Below, piece by piece: positions 1 to 9,023 of a stretch of DNA of 42,955 nucleotides. The DNA is from Lepidodermella squamata (Eukaryota > Animalia > Gastrotricha). Under the pieces are notes generated by a model. The model was not told the DNA's origin and made no database searches. It was given only the letters and a program-made list of their open reading frames with translations. Positions within the stretch are counted from its first letter, which is position 1. Each line of letters starts with the position of its first letter. Position numbers and translations under genes: made by a program. The DNA lies in NCBI GenBank assembly GCA_047495785.1, contig JBLDXI010000128.1, positions 1 through 42,955 on the forward strand, written 5' to 3'.

Positions 1-248
1 AGTAGCAAGTATATCAAATAGCAGCAATTAATAACAGTAACAGCATATGTTATGCGTTTCATCTTTTTATAAAAAACAAGAAATATATATGACAACGCAC
101 ACACTCATTTACAGTCGTGGCACAGGGCTAATGTGGTTTTGTTTTTATTTTATTTTGTGTATATATGTGTATTGTGTATGGGTTTTTGTTGTTTTATTTT
201 CTGTATTAAACTGACTGATGCTCATATACATACATAGATAGACAAGGC

Positions 249-3035
249 CTAACGGCCCACAAAATTGATGAACTGTCCGAGCGGGGTACCAGCCACGCCC
301 CACTCTCGACGATGGTCGGCGATCATGGCGGCGACTGGTGGCACGAACTGCAAAGCCCGATCAGCAAAGCCGACTGCTAGTTTCAGCCAGCGGCGTTCCA
401 GCGGCTCCACTCCAGTTAGGCGGTAGAGCTCAGATTCGTCCTGCTTGTCCAGAATAGACGAGCCGATGATCGCCCGCAAACAGTTGTTCTGCAGCACGAT
501 CAAGCGCTTTTTCTGCGCATACGACGCATCCAACCAGGCCACACAGGAGTACTCAAGAACCGGTCTCACGATCGTCAGATACAGCAACTTCCGCGAGGCA
601 AAGCCAAGCGGCGAACCCGGAAAGCAGACCCGGCGAAGAGCCCCGAGTCGAGATCGCGCATCCGCCTCGATGTTGTCGAAATGCGGCTTCCACGACCCGA
701 TCGCGTCAAACGTGACACCAAGGTACTTCGCCGCCGCGACCTTCGGCAGCTTCTCGTCACCCACAAACAGCCGGTCGTCGTCGTTGACTTGTCCGCCAAA
801 CCGCAGCATTTGGCACTTCGGCGGACTAAGCGGCAACTTCCAGAGTCTGCTCCATCGAGAGACCCGCGTCAGCGCCGTCTGCACCCGCTGCTTCGCCATC
901 CCAGTGTAGCAAGCCACAGCGAACAAGAGCACGTCGTCAGCGAACGAAGCGGTGAAGGCCTTGCGCTCGTCGCTGTTGTTGTCCGGCATCAAGTCCGCTG
1001 TGAAAAAGGCAAAGAGTATAGGGCTCAATGAGGATCCTTGCGGAACCCCTGAGCCGATATCTGCTGTCTCACTGAAGGAGCTACTCACCTTGACCGTAAA
1101 GGTCCGGCCGGTCAGGAAGGACGAGACCCAGCGCACCATTGATCTTGGAACAGCGACGCAGTCTCGAAGCTTCACGCGCAGCGAGTTGTGACACACCGCG
1201 TTGAAGGCGCCTTCGAAATCCAGCAGGGCCGCGATCATCACCATCTTCGTTCGACGACGCCGCGCCATCGCTCTGGCCTGCGAGAATCGGAAAGTTTGAT
1301 CGCTCGTCGATCGGCGTATCTGAAAACCAGACTGATGATCAGGAATTATATTATTTGACCTGAAAAGAAGAGCTAGCCTAGTAGCCAAAATGAGCTCTAG
1401 CAGCTTCGCTACTGTCGGAAGAAGCGACACGGGACGGTAACCTGACGGTTTCGACAAGTCCTTCCCTGACCTCGGAAGCGGGACGATAACGGCCAACTTC
1501 CACCTCTCCGGCACGAACCCACAAGCTAGGCTATAATTGTACAAATGGCGCAGATACGCCCAAAGTACCGGCCCACCCTTCTTGATGAGCACGTTCGAAA
1601 TCTCATCACGGCCTGGAGCCTTGAGCTTCAAACGTCGAACCGCGCTTCTCATCTCAGCCCTTGAGATCATGACTTTCACGTCAATCTCCTTGGTCTCGAT
1701 CGGGTTGAACAGCTCCCGATCCTCTTGAACAATCCTTTCGACCTCGGCATGGTGTGCCTTGATCTCTGGATCATTCTCGACCTTCGGCTTAGGGTTCAAC
1801 TGCGACTTGTAATGATCGCGGAACAACTCGGCTCTGGCCGCGTCACCGACAACCAGCTCACCTGCCTCGTTGGTCAGGGTGCGGATCGCTGGCCCTGGTG
1901 CCGACCCACTCTCAGCTGTGATCTCACGAAAAGCCCGGAAGAACGCCCCCGAATCTACCCTTCTACGCTTTTCCATCCGCTGAAGGTTACGCGTGTGCTT
2001 GCGCTCTTCAGCTAAGGCTGCTAACTCTTTGAATCGAGCATAGAACGCGTCCGCCCTGGCCTGAAACACAGGGTTTCCCGTAGAACGGTACTGTCGCAAC
2101 GCTTTATGTCGTCGCTCGATCAACGCAGCCATCTGCGGTGTCGACCTGTACTTTTTCAGCTGTTTTGCTAACACCGTTGGCACTGATCTATCACGTGCCT
2201 CCTGCATGGCCTTATTGATTTCGCCATCGAACCTACGTACCTCCTCATCACTCGCTATTGCAGGCAACGGAATCTTCAGCAGCTTGTCTGTCACAACTGC
2301 CTGATAGAATCCTTCGTTCATCTTATTATAGTCGAACCTCACCTTGGGATAGGGAGAACGACTCGCGCTAAGTTCGAAATCGACCGCAACCAGGTTATGG
2401 TCACTGCCGTAGCACCCGCCCACATCGGGTACACCGAACTGACCGGCCAAGTCCGGCGAAGCTAGCCATAGATCTAGCTGCCCGCCATGCTTGTGCGTCG
2501 GTACCCCAGCGCTAATGAGCTCTAACGAGCCATCCTCTACAAGCCTGAGCACTTCTCTACCTGCCCCGTTGTCCCGCTTATCTCCTGCCCACAGTCGCCT
2601 ATGGTGACAGTTGAAATCACCACAAACCACCACCGGCCCGTGCAACGCCAGTTCTCGTAGGAATGTTGCATCGAAGGCCCGCTCACCGTTAGGGACGTAG
2701 ACCGTAACAAAAGTCACCGTCTCCTGACCCGAGCATGCTACATCTAACGCCATCCACTCTACGTTCTCGCCTGTGCCGTTCCGCTGTCGGACGACCTCAA
2801 GGCCCTCTTTCACCCAGGCTGCTAAACCCCGTCTGCCCGCCTCGATTCCGTCGACCACCTGGTTGAAGGTGAACAACTTGAAACCAGGCAACTCTATCTG
2901 CGTGGCTGCCTTGAACCACGACTCTACCCCGAAGAACACATCGCACTCTGACTCATCTACCGCTAACTGAAACTCGTACGGCCTACTGGCAATTCCGTAG
3001 CCGTTCCACAGTCCAAGTTTTACTGCTTTTGGCAT
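249..3035 (-). CDS. ORF2: AP-endonuclease + reverse transcriptase (928 aa)
   Basis: APE motifs LWNGYG, GVESW, VYVP, CGDFNCHH, PTH..LDL, SDH. RT motifs KAPGRDEI, YRPVSLL, QSGF, LLDFEGAF, GVPQGSSLSP, FADD, KYLGVTFD, and C-terminal IVRPVLEY. No obvious RNase H or C-terminal CCHC. ATG at 3033-3035. Confidence 0.95.
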   Translation of the reverse strand: MPKAVKLGLWNGYGIASRPYEFQLAVDESECDVFFGVESWFKAATQIELPGFKLFTFNQVVDGIEAGRRGLAAWVKEGLEVVRQRNGTGENVEWMALDVACSGQETVTFVTVYVPNGERAFDATFLRELALHGPVVVCGDFNCHHRRLWAGDKRDNGAGREVLRLVEDGSLELISAGVPTHKHGGQLDLWLASPDLAGQFGVPDVGGCYGSDHNLVAVDFELSASRSPYPKVRFDYNKMNEGFYQAVVTDKLLKIPLPAIASDEEVRRFDGEINKAMQEARDRSVPTVLAKQLKKYRSTPQMAALIERRHKALRQYRSTGNPVFQARADAFYARFKELAALAEERKHTRNLQRMEKRRRVDSGAFFRAFREITAESGSAPGPAIRTLTNEAGELVVGDAARAELFRDHYKSQLNPKPKVENDPEIKAHHAEVERIVQEDRELFNPIETKEIDVKVMISRAEMRSAVRRLKLKAPGRDEISNVLIKKGGPVLWAYLRHLYNYSLACGFVPERWKLAVIVPLPRSGKDLSKPSGYRPVSLLPTVAKLLELILATRLALLFRSNNIIPDHQSGFQIRRSTSDQTFRFSQARAMARRRRTKMVMIAALLDFEGAFNAVCHNSLRVKLRDCVAVPRSMVRWVSSFLTGRTFTVKVSSSFSETADIGSGVPQGSSLSPILFAFFTADLMPDNNSDERKAFTASFADDVLLFAVACYTGMAKQRVQTALTRVSRWSRLWKLPLSPPKCQMLRFGGQVNDDDRLFVGDEKLPKVAAAKYLGVTFDAIGSWKPHFDNIEADARSRLGALRRVCFPGSPLGFASRKLLYLTIVRPVLEYSCVAWLDASYAQKKRLIVLQNNCLRAIIGSSILDKQDESELYRLTGVEPLERRWLKLAVGFADRALQFVPPVAAMIADHRREWGVAGTPLGQFINFVGR

Positions 3036-6000
3036 TTTCGGAATTCTTCAAAATACAGCTGAGCTTTCTCAAATGCCAAGTCGAAGCTAAATTCCGTCAT
3101 ATCTCTCTGACCCTGATATTTCATCACGGCCATTCCAGCCAGAATTATACTGACTTGATTGATAAAGTCTTTCTCCGACTTGTCCGAAAAAATAACACTA
3201 GCCGCTGCGACTGCCGCGCGACCCCACAGATCGTTCAAAAGCTCCTTTGACTTACTGTTCAACTTGCTGCCCGAACGGCCCTTGCCCTGACTGGCACGCA
3301 AGGGACCATCCTGGCGTCGCTCGTCCTGACTGGCACCCAAGCGACTGCTCGTTGACCCGCTATTGCTAATCCTCGACACATCCATCGACGACTCTGCCTC
3401 GAATTCCGACTCAGACTCGGCCTCGGCTTCGACCTGCTCAACTACTGGTGCCTTCTTGCCAGCCTCTGCGGCCTTCTTCGCTGCATTGCGTTTCCGCCTT
3501 CGCACGTTCTTCCGTTGGCTTCTGCTCAACTGCGGTTTCGCTACTTGCTGACTCGAACCCTGGGCTGGCTTGCCCGCCCCCGACCCTTGTGCTTTGGGTC
3601 CTTCGGTGGTTGACGAGGCCACCGGTTTCTCCACACGCTTTTCAGCGCGTTTTTCCGCCTCAGCCTTGGCCTTTGCCCTGATCGCCTCTGCTTCCGCTAA
3701 CTGCCTTCTCTTGTCTCTCGCTAAACCCTCTCTAACATACTGCACGTACGGACATCCGGCGTAGTTGGTGGTGTGTTTCTGCGTGCAGTTGCGACACCGC
3801 ATCGCTTCACATACTTTCGCCTTCGCCGCTTCATCCGTCAGGCCTTGCTCAACGCAAGCCTTTTTCGCAATTACCACCGGGCAAGCTTCGTCGCCCCTGA
3901 AGTGCTCACCGCTACAATCGGGGCAGGTTATCGTCTGGCTACATGACGTCCAGGAGTGGCCACTACCCTGGCACCGCTGGCAAATTTTCACCTGCGGGCT
4001 GTAGTCTTTGACTTGCAGCACTCTGCTCGTCAACGCAAAGAAGCCAATATAACCCTTACTCAAATGAACGTCTGTTTCGTCCTTTGACTTGAACTCAATC
4101 AAATACGTGCTGTAGCCAGGCCTGCCCTGCTTCAGCTTAACTACGTAAACTGCCCCATACTTCTCCTTAAAATACTTGGCTACATCCTCAACAGGCGCCG
4201 ACGACGGTATGTCGATGGCCTTCACCTTGCGTTCCTCCAGCTTGAAGTCCGCTTGAACCTTCGGCTTTTCACCTGATAGAGCCGCCGGAAGATGGGCGTT
4301 CGCGTTTGCCCCGAATGCCGGCCTTGCGGGATCTTTCCAAGACGGGCTCTCGAAGAAAGCTTTCATAGAAGCCTCGTCAGCAAAAACAATCTGCCAACCG
4401 CCTTTCGATTTCGGCAGCATCTTCACAACCCGGGCACTTGGTGCTATCCTGTGAACTTCTTGATTCATGAGATACTCGCTATTGAATCGTTGGCCATCGA
4501 TTCGATCCACCATCGCGCTCAACTTCCAATTAATCGTCGGTTTGCCTCGCCAGTTGCCTGGTTTGGTGCCGCCCTGGTTCGCCGTCTGAACCGGTGGCTG
4601 TCGACGATTCTTCGCCGTCACAGTGATGAATTCTCCTTGACCCTCTTGGCTACCTCGGCTATCTTCCTCTACTGTCTTCTTCTCTTTTCCTCTCGCCACC
4701 GGCTTCCTCGTCACAGTCATCCTCTCGGCTGCCGGTTTCGCACCATCAGTCTTCAAAAACTTCGCTGCGGTCATGTCTGACTCGGAAACCGAGGATTCCA
4801 TGCCTGTAAAGTCGGGCGCGTCGCTAAGTTTCACATACTTGCCATCATCACCGGCACGACGCTTTCGCTCACTGGTCGCGCCTTTCACCGAGCCTTGATC
4901 CATCGGCTTGTCTTCACTAGCCGTCAAATCTTGCGTCATGTCCATAACTTCACCTTGGTCCAACTGCCGTTCGACCGTATCACCAGCGTCTTCATCTTCC
5001 CATTCTGCTCGATTTCTATCCTCTTCTGCTCTCTGTCTCTCTTCGTTCTCATCTCGTCCGGCACCACCGCGCAACCGAAGAACCTCGAACAAGTTCGACC
5101 TTTCTACGGACTCGCTACGCCTGACTTTATCCCTTAGATCAATTTTGCTATCATTTTTGTCATTTTTCACTTGATTTTTTACAAGTTCGCGTTCACCTGG
5201 GTGAACAACAAACAGGAAACAAAAATGGCCAAGCGACATGACCATGTCACAAACCACATCACAAACAACCATCAAAAGTCGATTCCTTACAACAGCGGTC
5301 GCGAGAAGCGCCGCACCACTGAGGAAAACAACAGTGCATACCATCTTCCACAAAATCGCTCTAGCAGCGCTATCAAGTATACCCGCGCTGTACTGCGGGG
5401 CGTAAAAGCAGCTCCAAATAGAGAGAAATTCATGAGAGAATGCTAAGTCGCGGGAAATGCATCGTCCGCTAGGAGCGGTTTCTACTACTACTGTCGCCGC
5501 AGAAGGCTTCGGCAGTAACGACGGTCCCGAACACACCGAGCCAACAATGTCTAAGTCAACACTATCAATTCCGCTAGGAGCGGTTACTACTAGAGCCGCC
5601 GCAGAAGGCTTCGGCAGTAACGGCAATCTAACAAAAGCGTCACCGTTCATCAAAGCAGAAGGCCCTGATGAACGAGCAAAATCAAAAGCAACTATCACAC
5701 TATCGGACCGCGTTCCGCTAGGAGCGGTTACTACAACTGTCGCCGCAGAAGGCTTCGGCAGTAACGACGGTCCCGAACACACCGAGCCAACAATGTCTAA
5801 GTCAACACTATCAATTCCGCTAGGAGCGGTTACTACTAGAGCCGCCGCAGAAGGCTTCGGCAGTAACGGCAATCTAACAAAAGCGTCACCGTTCACCAGA
5901 GCAGAAGGACCTGATGAACGGGCAAAATCAAAAGCAAATTCGGATCCACAAAGCCCAAAATAAATCCCGACTATCCCGCTAACTAATAAGAAAGTTAAGG

Positions 6001-7783
6001 AAAACTCGGTTTTAAGTGGGCGTTGTCCAATCTTGCGCAGCAATGCAGCCGGCAGTCGGGGTGGCGTTCTCGATACGCTGGCACCGCCGAAAGCCGTGAC
6101 ATCAGCCTCAGGTTCGATCGTTAATGCAGCCGGCAGTCGGGGTGGCGTTCTCGATACGCTATCACCGCCGAAAGCCGTGACGTCAGCCTTAGCCCGGGCG
6201 TTGTCGACCGCAGGTGCAGCCGCCGATCGGAGTGGCGTTCGCGTAACGCTGTCACCGCCGAACGACGTGACGTCCGCATCGACCGCCTCGTCCGCCTTGG
6301 CCAATCGCTCGCTCGCATTCTTGTCGAAAACAGAGGCAAAATTTTTCAATTTTTTAAAAATTGTAATTTCAGCGATAAAATCAAAACCATCAGCCAGGCA
6401 GCAGGCCAGGCCACAAACCAAACAGCACCGATCGACCGCCTCGTTCGCCTTGGCCAACCGCTCGCTCGTATCCGTCTCGAAAACAAAGGCAAATTTTTTC
6501 AATTTTTTAAAAATTTTACTTTTCCCGATAAAAGCAAAACCCTCAGCCAAACAGCACGCCAAACAACAAGCCAAACAGCACCGATCGTCCGCCTCGGCAG
6601 CGCCTGCTAGCCGCTTGCTCGTATCCGTAACAAAAACAGAAGCACATTTTTGTAATTTTTTAGCAATTTTTTTAAAAACGACAAAGTAAATACCATAAGC
6701 TAAACAGCCAGCCGCCTGCGTAAACAAAAGTTGAAGAATTAGGAATTCTCCATAACCAGTGCAAACAGTGCGCCATGCTAGCAATACGAGCAACACCGCT
6801 TTTTCGAACAAAACAACACCGGCTGTTACGACAGCGGTCGCGTGAGGCGCCGAACCGCTGAGAAAAACAACAGTGTTATCACGCATCCACGTGCCGCCGT
6901 CAGCACCGTAGTACGAAAACAACATCTGTTGCCTGTCCGAAAGGACGGTCAGAAAAAGTTGACCGGAAAAAACGGACAGCGGACAAAAATTATCAAAAAA
7001 GTCAAGAAAAAATGCTAAGTCGCAGGGGCGGCCGCGGACGTCTAAGGGCATCGCAAAATCGGATGCGCTCGAAAACTCTACAGCTACGCCTACTCGATCG
7101 GTCGGGAATCCGCTAGGAGCGGCTACGGGTGTCGACCGTGAGTAATTCGACATAAAATCAAAAAGAAATTCCGCAAAAATCACGTCTGCTGAAGCAGAAG
7201 GCCTTAGCAGACGGCAAAAATTAGTGCTAAAAACCGGCCGTGATCCGCTAGGAGCGGCTACTACTACCGACGCATAAGGCTTCGGTAATAAATACGTGCC
7301 GTGAATAGCAAAAACGTCTTCGATCGCCAGAGCAGAAGGCCCTGAAGAACGAGCAAAAACAGAGTCGAAAACCGGCTCAGAGCCATAAAGAGCAAAATAA
7401 AAACCGGCTAGCCCGGTCAATAAAAAGAAAATTAAGGGAAACTCTTTTTTTCCAGGGCGTTGCTCGTTCTTGCTATCGCGCAGCAATGCAGCCGGCGATC
7501 GGAGTGGCGTTTTCGAAACGCTGGCACTGCCGAACGCCGTGACATCAGCCTCAGCTCGGGCATCGTCGATCTCGCCTGCAACCGTCGCTCGGGGTGGCGT
7601 ATTAGCAACGCAATCACCGCCGAACAACAGGAAATCAGCATCGACAGCCTCGTCAGCCTCGGCCAGCCACTCGCTCGCATCGGTAGCAGGAACTAAAACA
7701 ACTTTTTTTAAATTTTCAGAAATTTCTATTTTCAATAAAGATAACTCGTCGCGCCCAGCGCCGACAGCGGAAAACATTAACAT
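3020..7783 (-). CDS. ORF1: Gag-like nucleic-acid-binding protein with a ~900-aa hydrophobic, repetitive N-terminal extension (1587 aa)
   Basis: ATG at 7781-7783 and an uninterrupted frame. Three zinc knuckles CQRCQGSGHSWTSC, CPDCSGEHFRGDEAC, CRNCTQKHTTNYAGC (3752-3982), preceded by an RRM-like segment (KVKAIDIP...YLIEF) and followed by a basic NLS-like RKNVRRRKRN. Overlaps ORF2 by 16 nt. Confidence 0.85.
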   Translation of the reverse strand: MLMFSAVGAGRDELSLLKIEISENLKKVVLVPATDASEWLAEADEAVDADFLLFGGDCVANTPPRATVAGEIDDARAEADVTAFGSASVSKTPLRSPAALLRDSKNEQRPGKKEFPLIFFLLTGLAGFYFALYGSEPVFDSVFARSSGPSALAIEDVFAIHGTYLLPKPYASVVVAAPSGSRPVFSTNFCRLLRPSASADVIFAEFLFDFMSNYSRSTPVAAPSGFPTDRVGVAVEFSSASDFAMPLDVRGRPCDLAFFLDFFDNFCPLSVFSGQLFLTVLSDRQQMLFSYYGADGGTWMRDNTVVFLSGSAPHATAVVTAGVVLFEKAVLLVLLAWRTVCTGYGEFLILQLLFTQAAGCLAYGIYFVVFKKIAKKLQKCASVFVTDTSKRLAGAAEADDRCCLACCLACCLAEGFAFIGKSKIFKKLKKFAFVFETDTSERLAKANEAVDRCCLVCGLACCLADGFDFIAEITIFKKLKNFASVFDKNASERLAKADEAVDADVTSFGGDSVTRTPLRSAAAPAVDNARAKADVTAFGGDSVSRTPPRLPAALTIEPEADVTAFGGASVSRTPPRLPAALLRKIGQRPLKTEFSLTFLLVSGIVGIYFGLCGSEFAFDFARSSGPSALVNGDAFVRLPLLPKPSAAALVVTAPSGIDSVDLDIVGSVCSGPSLLPKPSAATVVVTAPSGTRSDSVIVAFDFARSSGPSALMNGDAFVRLPLLPKPSAAALVVTAPSGIDSVDLDIVGSVCSGPSLLPKPSAATVVVETAPSGRCISRDLAFSHEFLSIWSCFYAPQYSAGILDSAARAILWKMVCTVVFLSGAALLATAVVRNRLLMVVCDVVCDMVMSLGHFCFLFVVHPGERELVKNQVKNDKNDSKIDLRDKVRRSESVERSNLFEVLRLRGGAGRDENEERQRAEEDRNRAEWEDEDAGDTVERQLDQGEVMDMTQDLTASEDKPMDQGSVKGATSERKRRAGDDGKYVKLSDAPDFTGMESSVSESDMTAAKFLKTDGAKPAAERMTVTRKPVARGKEKKTVEEDSRGSQEGQGEFITVTAKNRRQPPVQTANQGGTKPGNWRGKPTINWKLSAMVDRIDGQRFNSEYLMNQEVHRIAPSARVVKMLPKSKGGWQIVFADEASMKAFFESPSWKDPARPAFGANANAHLPAALSGEKPKVQADFKLEERKVKAIDIPSSAPVEDVAKYFKEKYGAVYVVKLKQGRPGYSTYLIEFKSKDETDVHLSKGYIGFFALTSRVLQVKDYSPQVKICQRCQGSGHSWTSCSQTITCPDCSGEHFRGDEACPVVIAKKACVEQGLTDEAAKAKVCEAMRCRNCTQKHTTNYAGCPYVQYVREGLARDKRRQLAEAEAIRAKAKAEAEKRAEKRVEKPVASSTTEGPKAQGSGAGKPAQGSSQQVAKPQLSRSQRKNVRRRKRNAAKKAAEAGKKAPVVEQVEAEAESESEFEAESSMDVSRISNSGSTSSRLGASQDERRQDGPLRASQGKGRSGSKLNSKSKELLNDLWGRAAVAAASVIFSDKSEKDFINQVSIILAGMAVMKYQGQRDMTEFSFDLAFEKAQLYFEEFRKCQKQ
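5465..5937. repeat. Near-perfect ~246-bp tandem duplication inside ORF1 (82 aa)
   Basis: acggtcccgaacacaccgagcc at 5521 and 5767; gcaaaatcaaaagcaa ending at 5691 and 5937. Confidence 0.9.
6042..6290. repeat. Three ~81-90-bp tandem units inside ORF1 (ADVTAFGGxSVSRTPPRLPAAL); related copies at ~7484-7650
   Basis: aatgcagccggcagtcggggtggcgttctcgatacgct at 6042 and 6123; diverged third copy at ~6214. Confidence 0.85.
6290..6690. repeat. ~153-bp (51 aa) diverged tandem units inside ORF1 with Cys clusters
   Basis: ggcaaa(a/t)tttttcaattttttaaaaatt at 6335 and 6488, variant at 6641. Protein repeat IFKKLKxFAxVFxxDxSERLAxAxEAxDRCCLxCxLACCLA. Confidence 0.8.
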
Positions 7784-8318
7784 TTTAAAAATTCGCTTAG
7801 ACAGCGAAATCTCAAAAAGGAAAAATTATTTTTATTTAAACAATAATGAACAGCGTATATGGTCAACGCAGAACCGGCAAACTAGCAAACAACAGTCGAA
7901 GTGGTGTTGATACTAACCTCAGAAAATTTAATATTCAATCGCAGATATTTACTATAAATTTGCAAAAATTTTGCCGGTATCCGCCGGTTTTTTTCCAAAT
8001 CGTTCACTTTTTTGGTCCAAAATCGAGGAGTCCTAAGGCATAGGAACGCGGAAAAATTTCCTATGAGTCGATCGAGAAGCGCTGATCTTAAAACCGCGGC
8101 TGAATGATGAAGGATTCTGAGTAATTCTACAGCCGGAAAATGTCAAATTTCATTGTTCGAAAAATTGACCTCGTTAAATTGTCTCGGTTGCGCAACAATG
8201 TAACATCTGGCACAATCGAAGTAAACAAATCCCATTGCGTAACACAGTAAGTTGATGGTAAACGAGTTCCGCTGTTCTCAGGTGCCATTTTTTTCGTACA
8301 ATTCGGTTTTTCAAGCGG

Positions 8319-8335
8319 TTTTTTTATAGGATAGC
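8319..8335 (+). promoter_or_regulatory. Possible Pol I start region (TTTTTATAGGATAG); also at +8460, +17882, +26342
   Basis: TATAGG resembles Pol I initiation sites of Drosophila and plants. It lies ~700 bp upstream of 18S, followed by hairpin-rich ETS-like sequence (e.g. ctcagctct...agagctgag at 8501-8527). Inference only. Confidence 0.3.
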
Positions 8336-9023
8336 AAGGAATAAGCGGGATCGTGTTCGCCTCGTATTCATCGCCTCGTAATCATTGCCTTTTGTGTAAT
8401 CGCCTCAAAGTCTAACACAGGTACTCTTATGAGACGACAGCGCGTAATATTTATATAAAACGCTGCTGCAGGAAAAGCATATACAACTACTGCGGCGCAA
8501 CTCAGCTCTACTATCGTAAGAGCTGAGGCCGTAAAAGTTGTGCGCTGTGTTATATACTACAGGGTTTGTCAGTTGTAGATAAGCGAATTTATTCCTTGTC
8601 AGCACTGCAAATGGCTGCGACTAGTTGGTTATCGTCCGCTCTTAACACAGCGGTCGTGGCACACTGAAACGCGCCAGTCAGGTGTATCTAGCATATACTG
8701 GTCGATGCGCTATGAAATCCTAATTATACGCACTAGTATAATTTCTCCCGGCCGCTGTCGAAGCGACTGGTTTTGTAGAGTTGCAATTTGCTGCCGGCTG
8801 TCTAAGCCGAAGGCCGCTGTAGAAGTGGCAATTCTTTTGGCTTCCTAAGCCACAGTATAACAAGGATGGATGGCAAATATATCGACCGGGAAGTGCGAAA
8901 TGCAACATACGGCAAAGTTATTGGTAAAAATATATACCTCTAACCTTGATGCTATGACGTAAAGCGCTAGTTGCTGTTTTTCTAAAAAACGGCGACAGGC
9001 GTCGTAAAGCAACTCGGATTGGT

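Larger units (their letters stand above)
1..7892 (-). mobile_element. APE-type non-LTR retrotransposon (LINE, Jockey/I-group-like), apparently intact; 3' end not resolved
   Basis: Two overlapping minus-strand ORFs (Gag-like ORF1, then APE-RT ORF2). A ~110-bp 5' UTR precedes ORF1, and exact identity to the rDNA IGS begins at 7893. The A-rich 3' UTR has AATAAA motifs (plus-strand TTTATT at ~140-200). No TSD or left-hand IGS flank is visible. Confidence 0.9.

Noticed and set aside
5465-6690. CRISPR-like array
   Set aside because: Eukaryotic context; these are in-frame coding repeats without unique spacers.
445-7910. Plus-strand ORFs over the LINE (e.g. 5457-5963, 6033-6689, 7470-7910)
   Set aside because: Mostly codon-aligned antisense shadows of ORF1/ORF2, often with non-ATG starts and no recognisable domains.
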